A stretch of 31,927 nt of DNA from an uncultured archaeon (GTDB lineage Archaea; Asgardarchaeota; Lokiarchaeia; Sigyniarchaeales; SOKP01): the NCBI GenBank assembly GCA_964493715.1, contig CAZBPC010000033.1, positions 1 through 31,927 of the forward strand, written 5' to 3'. Both the position numbers and the translations under genes were made by a program. The first letter of the stretch is position 1, and each line of letters begins with the position of its first letter. This document shows, piece by piece, positions 11,220-20,014 of the stretch. The notes beneath the pieces are model-generated. The model worked only from the letters and a program-made list of their open reading frames with translations. It made no database searches and was not told the DNA's origin.

Positions 11220-12200
11220 CTATTTTTTTTTGCTCGCAATATAATATTTGGACCTTTTTAAGAGAATCCACCTAATAATAGGTTTAACTAAAGGAATCAG
11301 ATATCTCTTAACTCCAATCCATTTTTTTACATCAGCGTAAAAATCTGATAAGTTATGATTTTGAAATTGGAGTATTTCTTGAATTTCTTTGGTATCATAA
11401 AAACCACAATGAGAATCACCTTCCGTAAATGCTTTTTCAGGGAAAAAATGCCGACCAAATCCCATTATTTCTAACATATCGTCTAAATGCTTTCCGAATA
11501 TTATTTGACATTCTTTTCCTCCACCTAAATTAAACATCTTACCCCAAATTTCACGAGTTTCAATAGCATTTACCAATGCCAAAGCAGCATCTCTAGTATC
11601 AAGAATTTCCACCGATGTTTTCAATGCCATATCAAACAAGGCAGGTCTAAATTTTAACATGTTAGTCGAAGTACAATATGATAATCTAAAAATGACATAT
11701 TCTAATCCAGATTCTTGGATTAAATGCTCTGCGGCAAGTTTTGATTCGGCATAGGGGTGTCCTGGTGAAATTTTAGGAGGATCTGTTATTTTAATGTTAG
11801 GTTCTTTTAAGCGGTCTCCGTAAACAGCTATTGAAGATGTATATATCAACTTCGGTGGATTTTTTTGAAGTTTCATTGCATTAATTACATTTCTAGTCCC
11901 TTCTACATTAACGAGATTAACAATCTTGGGATTATAGTGTGATGTAGAAGGAATAACAGCAGCAGCATGAATGACTACATCTTGGTTTTCCACAGCAGTT
12001 TTAACTTCTTCATAATTTTCAACACTTCCCCAAAATATTTCAACTTTTTTAGAAAATGGTTTAAACCGTTTTTTATTTTTTTTTGAAGCTCTTAAAAAAA
12101 TCCTAACGTCATAACTATCTAGTCTTGACAATAATTCTTTAAAAATGTCAATTCCTACCGTGCCAGAAGCGCCTGTAAGAAGAACCTTCGTTTTTTGCAT
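11220..12200 (-). CDS. Extended SDR, NAD-dependent epimerase/dehydratase / 3-beta-HSD-like
   Basis: TGASGTVG, HAAA, VNVEGT, TSS..VYG and YAESK catalytic motif. Confidence 0.88.
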   Translation of the reverse strand: MQKTKVLLTGASGTVGIDIFKELLSRLDSYDVRIFLRASKKNKKRFKPFSKKVEIFWGSVENYEEVKTAVENQDVVIHAAAVIPSTSHYNPKIVNLVNVEGTRNVINAMKLQKNPPKLIYTSSIAVYGDRLKEPNIKITDPPKISPGHPYAESKLAAEHLIQESGLEYVIFRLSYCTSTNMLKFRPALFDMALKTSVEILDTRDAALALVNAIETREIWGKMFNLGGGKECQIIFGKHLDDMLEIMGFGRHFFPEKAFTEGDSHCGFYDTKEIQEILQFQNHNLSDFYADVKKWIGVKRYLIPLVKPIIRWILLKRSKYYIASKKK

Positions 12201-12300
12201 AATATGATTAGCCTATAAATATCCCAGAATTAATAATTCGTGAATTAATAAATAATTAATGCTATAAATAAGATAAATAATGGTGTGAAAGACCTTTTAC

Positions 12301-13485
12301 TCATTTAAATTTCTTGTCAAATATGTCTATGAGTAATTCTTCTAGTTTTTCTACGGGGATATCTAATAAAGTAATTTCTAAGTGTCTTCCTCTTTCCGCT
12401 TCTTCTATTCGGACTGTTTTTGATGCAATTATTTTTAATCTATTCAGCTGACGAATGTATTTTCTAAATGACATTTTTACATGAGGTTCTACATCATACG
12501 TTTCACAAATTGCTTCATATTCTTCGAAGGCGTCATCAACAACTGCAAAATCCTTACTTATTAATGATCTAGTGATTCCGTAAAGTGCTAATAATTCTTG
12601 GTCGTTTAACTGATCTACAACGTCTGCTCTGAATGTGGGATAGACTTCATTTGACGCAGCTCTAATTAAATCGGCTGTTATGCGATCTAATCCTTCTTTA
12701 TCTGCTTTCGATCCACTCTTTTGGAAAATTTCTATTCCGTGTCTCAAATTACTATGGTCTACAACAATTTGACTGACAATTGTGAGTAATTCTTCATTCA
12801 AGACATATTCTTTGAATGCTAATTCTGCTCTATATTGTAAAATTGTCATGGCTTCCTCGAACTTATATGGATAGAGAGTAATTTTATCGTTTAATCGACT
12901 TAATATTCTTTCCGTTTCGATTCTCATCCAATCCCTATTTCTACTTATTAATAATATTGAAAGTTTGGCATTCTGATGACCAAATGTCTCTGCAATGTCA
13001 AGGAACGCAAGAACTTCTTCAGGTTTTAAAAGATGTGCCTCGTCAATAATAAGAAGCATGTAACCTTGATCATTGACTAATTTTGTAAGTATTAATTTCA
13101 AAGCCTCATCATCTGAAAATCCTCTTCCTGAACCATGCGTATATTTCGCTAAGAGCTCTCTTATTATCTTACTTTTGGAGCGGAAATTAATACAATTATA
13201 ATATTCTATAAATATATTTACATCTTTTTCTAAAGCAATAGTCCTAAACATTTTTCCGAAATATCGAGCCGTAACTGTTTTACCGATTCCTCCCTTGCCT
13301 AATAACAAGCAGTTAATGGAGGGTTGTTGTTTTTCCTCTAGAATGCGTCGATAATTAAATATAAGGCTTTTAATAGCATCATCTCGACAATATAATTTAT
13401 TTGGTACGAAACTAAAATCAAGCGAGCTCGCTTGTTTAAATACCGATTTCTTCATGAATTCTTGCCGAAACTGATCCTCGTCCAT
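12301..13485 (-). CDS. cdc6: Orc1/Cdc6 replication initiator family AAA+ ATPase
   Basis: Walker A GKGGIGKT, YYNC, RGFS initiator-specific region, Walker B LIIDEAH, C-terminal winged helix ending in RGR. Confidence 0.93.
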   Translation of the reverse strand: MDEDQFRQEFMKKSVFKQASSLDFSFVPNKLYCRDDAIKSLIFNYRRILEEKQQPSINCLLLGKGGIGKTVTARYFGKMFRTIALEKDVNIFIEYYNCINFRSKSKIIRELLAKYTHGSGRGFSDDEALKLILTKLVNDQGYMLLIIDEAHLLKPEEVLAFLDIAETFGHQNAKLSILLISRNRDWMRIETERILSRLNDKITLYPYKFEEAMTILQYRAELAFKEYVLNEELLTIVSQIVVDHSNLRHGIEIFQKSGSKADKEGLDRITADLIRAASNEVYPTFRADVVDQLNDQELLALYGITRSLISKDFAVVDDAFEEYEAICETYDVEPHVKMSFRKYIRQLNRLKIIASKTVRIEEAERGRHLEITLLDIPVEKLEELLIDIFDKKFK

Positions 13486-13543
13486 GATAAACTGCTACTC
13501 CTTGTTTAAATTATATTGTGATAAGTTATAATAGGTTGTTTTA

Positions 13544-13560
13544 AGTTTAAAGTTTCCCAT
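13544..13560 (-). promoter_or_regulatory. Putative BRE-TATA promoter of cdc6
   Basis: Minus strand ATGGGAAACTTTAAACT, ~60-75 bp upstream of the ATG; 16/17 identical to 15687-15703. Confidence 0.55.
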
Positions 13561-13675
13561 CCTATTAATTTTATAATATTGATGTTGTTAATAAAATTAT
13601 TTACTACAAGGGAAATTAATGATTTAAAAATAGTAGTGGATATACAGCAATTTTAATATCTTCTCTCAAATTAAT

Positions 13676-14605
13676 TTAAAAATTCTTATTATTGAGAGGA
13701 TGCATTGCTGTATAAGACTCTTTTAATCTGGTGATATCATTTTTCGCATAGATTCTTGTAGTATTTGGAGAACTATGACCTAAGATATCTTGCAATTCAC
13801 TAATATCCATGCCAGATCTTCTTAAATGAGTTGCTCCAGTATGCCTAAACACGTGTGGTGTGATTATTTTGTTACTTGAAAATCCACATCTCTCCCTTAT
13901 CAATTTAATATCTTGTTGAACAACTCGAGGATTCAGTTGTTGGTTGCGAGTATTCACTATTAGGTAATCTTCAGCGTCATACACAATTCTATTTTGAAGT
14001 GAATTTTTGAAAATCTCTAGAGTTTTCTGATCAACGGGAATTATTCTCTCTTTATTACCCTTTCCTCTTAATCTAATATATCCTTTACTAAAATCGACAT
14101 CTTGAATCTTTATATTACATAATTCACTTACCCTTGCCATCGTAGAATATAATAATCTAATAATAAGATAATATCGTTCGCTTTTTCTGGAATGAAATAA
14201 TTTCTTATCTTCCAATTTATCAAATATGGTTTTTATATCATGTAAATCAAGAAATTTCGGTAGACTTTCTTCTAATTTAATTTTTGGTGATTTAATTGTA
14301 CTCATGGGATTTTTTGAGATGAATTCATTTAAAATGAGGAACTTAAAATAGGAACGTAATGAAGCAATCTTTCTACTGATTCCTTTTTTAGTGTAATTCA
14401 TATCTTTCAATTTTTTAAGGAATAATCTTATTCTTTGCCTGATTACAGGTGATTCAAGCTCAATATCTCCAACGAAATTAACGAATTTTTCTAAATCATA
14501 ATGATATGCTTTTATGGTAGAATTTGCGCAACCTTCCTCCACTTCTTTGCTAATTAAGAAATCTCCAATGAATTCTGAAAATTTGTATCTTTCCAACTTT
14601 GACAT
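13676..14605 (-). CDS. xerA: XerA (XerC/D-like) tyrosine recombinase
   Basis: N-terminal SAM-like domain (STIKAY..DL, RKIASLRSYFKF, NP). Full catalytic set: RVSE, GKGNKER, HVFRH, LGH, TRIY. Confidence 0.9.
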   Translation of the reverse strand: MSKLERYKFSEFIGDFLISKEVEEGCANSTIKAYHYDLEKFVNFVGDIELESPVIRQRIRLFLKKLKDMNYTKKGISRKIASLRSYFKFLILNEFISKNPMSTIKSPKIKLEESLPKFLDLHDIKTIFDKLEDKKLFHSRKSERYYLIIRLLYSTMARVSELCNIKIQDVDFSKGYIRLRGKGNKERIIPVDQKTLEIFKNSLQNRIVYDAEDYLIVNTRNQQLNPRVVQQDIKLIRERCGFSSNKIITPHVFRHTGATHLRRSGMDISELQDILGHSSPNTTRIYAKNDITRLKESYTAMHPLNNKNF

Positions 14606-14623
14606 AATAAGTCAAATAACATC

Positions 14624-14664
14624 GTGATATTACATATTACCGTGTGATATGTAGGTAATATCAC
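14624..14664. repeat. Nested inverted repeat immediately upstream of xerA
   Basis: GTGATATTAC (14624-33) / GTAATATCAC (14655-64) is a perfect 10-bp IR. Inner TACATATTAC (14631-40) / GTGATATGTA (14644-53) has 1 mismatch. Confidence 0.85.
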
Positions 14665-14697
14665 TAACGAAGCGTATGAGAAGATAAAAATTGAAAC

Positions 14698-15648
14698 CTA
14701 ATCCTTTTTTATTTGACGAAGATATTTGCACGCATTAATTCCTGCCCGTGAACCCTCAGCAACAGCAAATACAACTTGATATAAACCCCCAGTTACATCT
14801 CCTGCTGCATAAACACCTTTAAGGTTTGTTTGTTGATTTTCATCAATTTTTATGTTTTTATATTCATCCAATTCTATTCCCGCTTTCTTAAAAATTGAAT
14901 TAGAAGGTACATGTGACAAAATAAATAGGCAATTTAAATCATACTCGACTAATTCATCATCAGCAATCAACTCTTTATTAACAGGTTTGCATTTGATCTT
15001 TTGGATCACTCCATCTGCGTTTGATATAGCCTCTACTATTTCTGTTTTATCGATAATCTCAATTCCTTTTTCTTTAACTTCTTTAGCCATTTCAGGGAGT
15101 TCTTCAAACCCAACTTTAGTTATAATGTGAGTAATGCATCCCATCTGATGAAGTGCTAATGCATCTTCTAAAACTTCCTTATCATTTCCATACAGATATA
15201 CTTCTCTTTCTTTATACAACGGACCGTCACATAATGCGCAATATGAAACGCCATAACCAATTAAATTGCTCTCATTTTTAATAATTTCTTTCCTTTCTCC
15301 AGTACCTGTTGCAATAATGACGACATCTGAAGCTATATTAGCAGTGCGCGTTGATATCATGTTCATTCCCATTCCAACCATCAAGGAAATGACATCCCCT
15401 TCTATTATTTTGACGGTTTCATGACTTTCAGTATGTTCTTTAAACTTTTTTAAGAGTTCATACCCTTTAATGTCTTTTTCTCCTAGCCAGTTCTTAATTT
15501 CTTTTGTTTTTGCGAGAGCAGAAGGTTCTTTTCCGCTTAAAATTATCGTATCTCTACTAGCTCTTCCACAATATACACCAGCACTTAATCCCGCTGGACC
15601 AGAACCTATTATTAATATTTCACATTTATATTCGTCCATTAAATCCAA
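14698..15648 (-). CDS. trxB: Thioredoxin reductase-like flavoprotein
   Basis: GSGPAGLSA, ATG, GVSYCALCDG, TNLKGVYAAGDV. NADPH-binding motifs are degenerate. Start may be the ATG at 15639. Confidence 0.88.
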   Translation of the reverse strand: MDLMDEYKCEILIIGSGPAGLSAGVYCGRASRDTIILSGKEPSALAKTKEIKNWLGEKDIKGYELLKKFKEHTESHETVKIIEGDVISLMVGMGMNMISTRTANIASDVVIIATGTGERKEIIKNESNLIGYGVSYCALCDGPLYKEREVYLYGNDKEVLEDALALHQMGCITHIITKVGFEELPEMAKEVKEKGIEIIDKTEIVEAISNADGVIQKIKCKPVNKELIADDELVEYDLNCLFILSHVPSNSIFKKAGIELDEYKNIKIDENQQTNLKGVYAAGDVTGGLYQVVFAVAEGSRAGINACKYLRQIKKD

Positions 15649-15686
15649 CCCTTTTGCTAATCTATGTAATAAATACTCCGTGATTT

Positions 15687-15703
15687 AGTTTAAAGTTTTC
15701 CAT
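15687..15703 (-). promoter_or_regulatory. Putative BRE-TATA promoter of trxB(-xerA)
   Basis: Minus strand ATGGAAAACTTTAAACT, ~40-60 bp upstream of the start. Confidence 0.55.
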
Positions 15704-15920
15704 TTTTTTCAAGCCTCGAGTTGCGATCCCTAGTATAGTATTAATTTAGTTTTGTCATTCTCTTTTTTTAATCCAGAATTAAACTAATTCTCTTTTTAAT
15801 AATTTTTTATCATTACGAATCACTAATTTTAAACAAATTTTTATATGCTTATGGGTAAATATGAGTTACTGAAATCTATAAAAAATCTAAACTTTTTACT
15901 GTTAAATTGGAAGGAATATT

Positions 15921-16568
15921 ATGGAAAAAAAAATCAAAATTCTTGTCCTAGTCAGTGTAATTTTAATCATCCTCGGACCAGTTCTTGGATTACTCCTGAA
16001 TAAAATAATATTGGTAAATCAACCGGTAGTTATCCCAGCAACTAGTAATAGTGATATCCAAGATGCCTATGCTTATCCATTTTCACTTGCAAAAGGTCAA
16101 AAAATAGTAATAGAGTTTTCCGTATTCACTGAGAATGTTACCGCTACCTTAAAGATTTTAGGAAAAGGAACTTATGATCAGGAAGATGTGCCTGCAAATC
16201 CTCCAGGTCCAATTGGGGGAAGAAGCTTTGTTTATTCAGAATTTGCTTATGGGAGATCACCAGCAATTTATACAGTTGCATATGCTTCAACATCAAGGTC
16301 TATTACTAATGAAGGGAATTGGTACATTGAATTTGCTGGAGGTGTTAATGGGGCTTATCTGGTTTCCATACCTGGAGACTATGTGGTTATTGTTTACGGG
16401 ACAAATAGTGGCGGTACTAATGTTTTTTTTGATTTAGTGATAAAAATAGATGGTCCTGGAGAGATTATTGGAACTTTGATAATGCTGATTGGAATTGGAG
16501 CGTTAGTAGCTATTTTGGTAATCGGAACTTTGGGTTATCTTAAAAAAACGGGGAGGGGACTTTTATAA
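15921..16568 (+). CDS. Hypothetical membrane protein: N-terminal TM, beta-rich external domain, C-terminal TM
   Basis: Two hydrophobic segments flank a Gly/Tyr/Val-rich domain (FSLAKGQKIVIEFSV, PGDYVVIVY). Stop overlaps the next start (TAATG). Confidence 0.75.
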   Translation: MEKKIKILVLVSVILIILGPVLGLLLNKIILVNQPVVIPATSNSDIQDAYAYPFSLAKGQKIVIEFSVFTENVTATLKILGKGTYDQEDVPANPPGPIGGRSFVYSEFAYGRSPAIYTVAYASTSRSITNEGNWYIEFAGGVNGAYLVSIPGDYVVIVYGTNSGGTNVFFDLVIKIDGPGEIIGTLIMLIGIGALVAILVIGTLGYLKKTGRGLL

Positions 16569-17041
16569 TGGAAAAAAAACAAGTAAAAGCATCTCTTTTT
16601 GATAAATTACCCTTATTAGATAAGAATAGAGCTGCTAAATTCATAATCTACGGCTTAATCATAGCAATATTATTTGGATTGATGATGATGATCAGCCGAT
16701 CTATTGCTGATAATGCTGGTCAGTGGGCAGCTCTGTTAAATCAAGAAAATAACATAAGCTACTGGAATGGCGTATATGGATATAATGATTATATTGAGAG
16801 ACAACAAGAAATTCTTAGGATTCAATATTGGATGGCATATCAAGATGTCATTTTTATGAATATAGCTCGCGTCGGGGTTAATGTAGGTCTGATATTTGTA
16901 CTGATTGGATTTCTATCATTTGCCATAAACGACAAGATCGATGAAAATACTCGTAAAATATCACTAATCATTGCTGGGTTAGTTTTATTCATAATGATGT
17001 TTACTACGCTCTTTTCATCCATAAGTGTCTCCGTAGGATAA
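16568..17041 (+). CDS. Hypothetical 3-TM membrane protein
   Basis: Three hydrophobic segments; translationally coupled to the upstream gene, with GGAGG upstream. Confidence 0.75.
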   Translation: MEKKQVKASLFDKLPLLDKNRAAKFIIYGLIIAILFGLMMMISRSIADNAGQWAALLNQENNISYWNGVYGYNDYIERQQEILRIQYWMAYQDVIFMNIARVGVNVGLIFVLIGFLSFAINDKIDENTRKISLIIAGLVLFIMMFTTLFSSISVSVG

Positions 17042-17056
17042 TTTAAATTTAATCTC

Positions 17057-17065
17057 TTTTTTTTT
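17057..17065 (+). terminator. Oligo-T terminator
   Basis: T9 run ~15 bp after the stop of the two-gene membrane operon. Confidence 0.5.
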
Positions 17066-17289
17066 AATTCTTTTAGAAAATTATTACGTGAAACAGAAGT
17101 TTCAAGATCTTTCCTATATATTGGTATATATTCGTCATATTACATTCTAATTTTGGATGGGTTGTATATTCAGTATAATTCAAGCAATAATTGGTTGAAT
17201 TTATATTTTAAATGAAACTAGTATAATATTAGAGATTTAACAGTAAAATTAATGTTTTAGAAATCAAATTAACTATTAATCAGATTAAA

Positions 17290-19815
17290 ATGTCCCAAGA
17301 CACTTTCTTTTGGACCCTCCCAGAAAAGGAATTATTTGAATATTTAAAATCATCAAATGAGGGAATTACTGATGAGGAAGCACTAATTAGGTTATCCAAA
17401 TATGGAAATAATACGATATCTAATAAAAAAAGAAAAAAGTCAATTTATATCTTTTTAAATCAATTTAAAAACCCAATATTAGTAATTCTGCTAATAATTG
17501 CATTACTTTCAATATTTTTCACAGATTTTTTAGATATGATTATTATACTTATCATTATTTTTATCAGCAGTTTTCTTGGCTTCTGGCAAGAAAAAAGATC
17601 CACTGATGCCATGGAAAAACTAATGGCATTAATACATATATCTTCGTTAATTTTAAGAGATGGTAAAGAACTGATAGTAAAAGTCGAAGATCTTGTCCCT
17701 GGGGATATTGTAATACTTTCAGCAGGCTCTATGATTCCCGCAGATTGTGTGTTATTAAAATCAAATAATTTATTTGTAAATGAGGCAATGTTAACTGGTG
17801 AAACTTTTCCTAGTAATAAAAAAACGGATATTTCATCTTTAGATACTCCGTTAAATCAAAGATACAATGGTTTATTTATGGGGACTCATGTTGTAAGTGG
17901 TACTGGGAAAGCAATAATTGTAAAAACAAGTAAAGAGACTGAATTTGGAAAAATTTCTGAAAATCTTCAATTAAAACCTCCTCAAAGTGAATTTGAATAT
18001 GGGATTAAAAAATTCGGTTTTTTTCTAACCCAAATGACTTTGATATTAGTAATTTCGATATTCGCAATTAATATCTTCTTTTCTCGATCATTTTTAGAAT
18101 CGTTATTATTTTCATTGGCTTTAGCAGTTGGTTTGATACCTCAATTATTACCTGCAATAATAAGTGTATCTCTAGCAAAAGGGGCAAAAAAATTAGCGGA
18201 TCACAAAGTTATCGTAAAAAAGTTGAACTCTATTGAAAACTTAGGAAGTATGGATATTTTATGTTCGGACAAGACTGGAACGTTAACAGAAGGAATGATT
18301 AAAATTAATGCTTCAATTGACTATAAAAATAATCCAACTGATAAAGTCTTCCTTTACTCTTATTACAATGCATTCTTTCAGAGTGGATACATAAATCCTA
18401 TTGATGAAGCGATTAAAAACCATAAGGAAGTGAATACTTCTGAAATCGAGAAATTAGATGAAATTCCTTATGATTTCATAAGAAAGCGGTTAACTGTTTT
18501 AATTTCAAATAAACAAGAAAATAAAAAAATAATGATAACGAAAGGAGCTGTTCCGTATATCTTAGATATTTGCACAACTTTAGAAACTTCAGAAAACGAG
18601 TTTTTAGATTTGAATGAAAATTCAAAATCGATAAAGAATATATTCGAAACTTTAAGCAATGAAGGTCTTAGATTAATAGCAGTTGCGTATAAAGAAATAG
18701 AAAATGCTTCAAATCTAATAAGAACAGATGAAGAAAATATGATTTTTTTAGGTTTTCTCGTTTTGTTTGATCCTTTAAAAGAAGGAATAAAAGAGGCGAT
18801 TCAACAATTAAATGAATTAAAAATCTCTCTTAAATTAATTAGTGGTGATAACAAATTAATTGCAAATCACATAGCTACACAATTGGGAATTAAAAATCCA
18901 AATATCATTACAGGATATGAACTTCGCCATATAAGTGATGAAGCTCTTATCACTTCAGTTAATAATATCGACATCTTTGCTGAAATTGAACCCAATCAAA
19001 AAGAAAGAATAATTTTAGCTTTAAAAAAGAATAAACATGTTGTTGGTTATATGGGAGATGGCATTAATGATACTCCTGCCTTACATAATGCTGATGTTAG
19101 CATTTCTGTTGACAGTGCAGTTGATATTGCAAAAGACGCTGCTGAAATTATATTGTTAGAAAAAAATCTTCAAGTCTTGGTGGATGGTGTAAAAGAAGGA
19201 CGTAAAACATTTGCGAATACCATTAAATATATTTATATCACTACCAGTGCGAATTTTGGAAACATGTTTAGCATGGCAGGAGCCTCTTTATTTTTACCTT
19301 TTCTCCCAATGCTTCCAAAGCAAATATTATTGACAAATCTCATTACTGATATTCCATCTTTAGCCATAGGTTCAGATAATGTGGATGAGGAAATGATAGA
19401 TAGGCCAAGACGTTGGAATATTAAGTTTATACGTAATTATATGATAATTTTTGGTCTTGCTAGTTCAATTTTTGACTTTATAACATTTAGTATTATGATT
19501 CTATTGTTAAAATCAACTCAAGGACAATTTCAAACTAGCTGGTTTTTCGTGTCTGTTATTACAGAGATATTAGTTTTATTAGTTATTAGGACACGAAAAT
19601 TATTTTTTAAAAGTAAACCGGGAAATGCACTTATTATTGGAACAATTATCATTTTGGTTTTCACTTTCATTATAATAAGCTCTCCTTTAGGAATTTTATT
19701 TGGATTTGAAATCCTTCCACTTGAATATTATTTATTTCTTTGGTTAATTATCTCTAGCTACATTCTTTCAACTATGTTCTTGAAAAAAATCTTTTATAGA
19801 TATATTGAGTATTAG
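17290..19815 (+). CDS. mgtA: P-type ATPase, MgtA-like (P3B)
   Basis: TGET, PQLLP, DKTGTLT, NPIDEA, DEIPYDFIRKR, KGA, GDGINDTPAL, SANFGNMFS. Confidence 0.85.
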   Translation: MSQDTFFWTLPEKELFEYLKSSNEGITDEEALIRLSKYGNNTISNKKRKKSIYIFLNQFKNPILVILLIIALLSIFFTDFLDMIIILIIIFISSFLGFWQEKRSTDAMEKLMALIHISSLILRDGKELIVKVEDLVPGDIVILSAGSMIPADCVLLKSNNLFVNEAMLTGETFPSNKKTDISSLDTPLNQRYNGLFMGTHVVSGTGKAIIVKTSKETEFGKISENLQLKPPQSEFEYGIKKFGFFLTQMTLILVISIFAINIFFSRSFLESLLFSLALAVGLIPQLLPAIISVSLAKGAKKLADHKVIVKKLNSIENLGSMDILCSDKTGTLTEGMIKINASIDYKNNPTDKVFLYSYYNAFFQSGYINPIDEAIKNHKEVNTSEIEKLDEIPYDFIRKRLTVLISNKQENKKIMITKGAVPYILDICTTLETSENEFLDLNENSKSIKNIFETLSNEGLRLIAVAYKEIENASNLIRTDEENMIFLGFLVLFDPLKEGIKEAIQQLNELKISLKLISGDNKLIANHIATQLGIKNPNIITGYELRHISDEALITSVNNIDIFAEIEPNQKERIILALKKNKHVVGYMGDGINDTPALHNADVSISVDSAVDIAKDAAEIILLEKNLQVLVDGVKEGRKTFANTIKYIYITTSANFGNMFSMAGASLFLPFLPMLPKQILLTNLITDIPSLAIGSDNVDEEMIDRPRRWNIKFIRNYMIIFGLASSIFDFITFSIMILLLKSTQGQFQTSWFFVSVITEILVLLVIRTRKLFFKSKPGNALIIGTIIILVFTFIIISSPLGILFGFEILPLEYYLFLWLIISSYILSTMFLKKIFYRYIEY

Positions 19816-20014
19816 GTGTTTAATTGAATATAGAAAATAAAGAATTTATTACATTTCTGTAAAAATAATCAATAATTTAATTTAGGTATCTTATTTTATT
19901 TACGTGAGGCTCTTAATAGAATATTTAAATAATTCCTTATTTAAGATAAGTAGAAATTTTAAAACTACTTCATTATATAGATAATATAACAAATTTTTTT
20001 CTAAGTGTGATTAA

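Noticed and set aside
12213-12270. Direct repeats GAATTAATAA x2 and CTATAAATA x2 downstream of cdc6
   Set aside because: They are almost pure A/T in an AT-rich gap and explainable as promoter elements of the SDR gene.
14595-14622. Canonical 28-bp dif site at the xerA start
   Set aside because: Only one arm (CTTTGACATAA) resembles a Xer arm; the arm across a 6-bp spacer is not its inverted repeat.
17042-17289. Leader peptide or riboswitch upstream of the MgtA-like gene
   Set aside because: No Pro-rich leader ORF or GC-rich structure is visible; only a 21-aa antisense ORF.
19948-19970. AAGTAG-N11-CTACTT around the GRE TATA-like box
   Set aside because: The arms are only 6 bp and I saw no second copy in the window, so it is too weak to call an operator.
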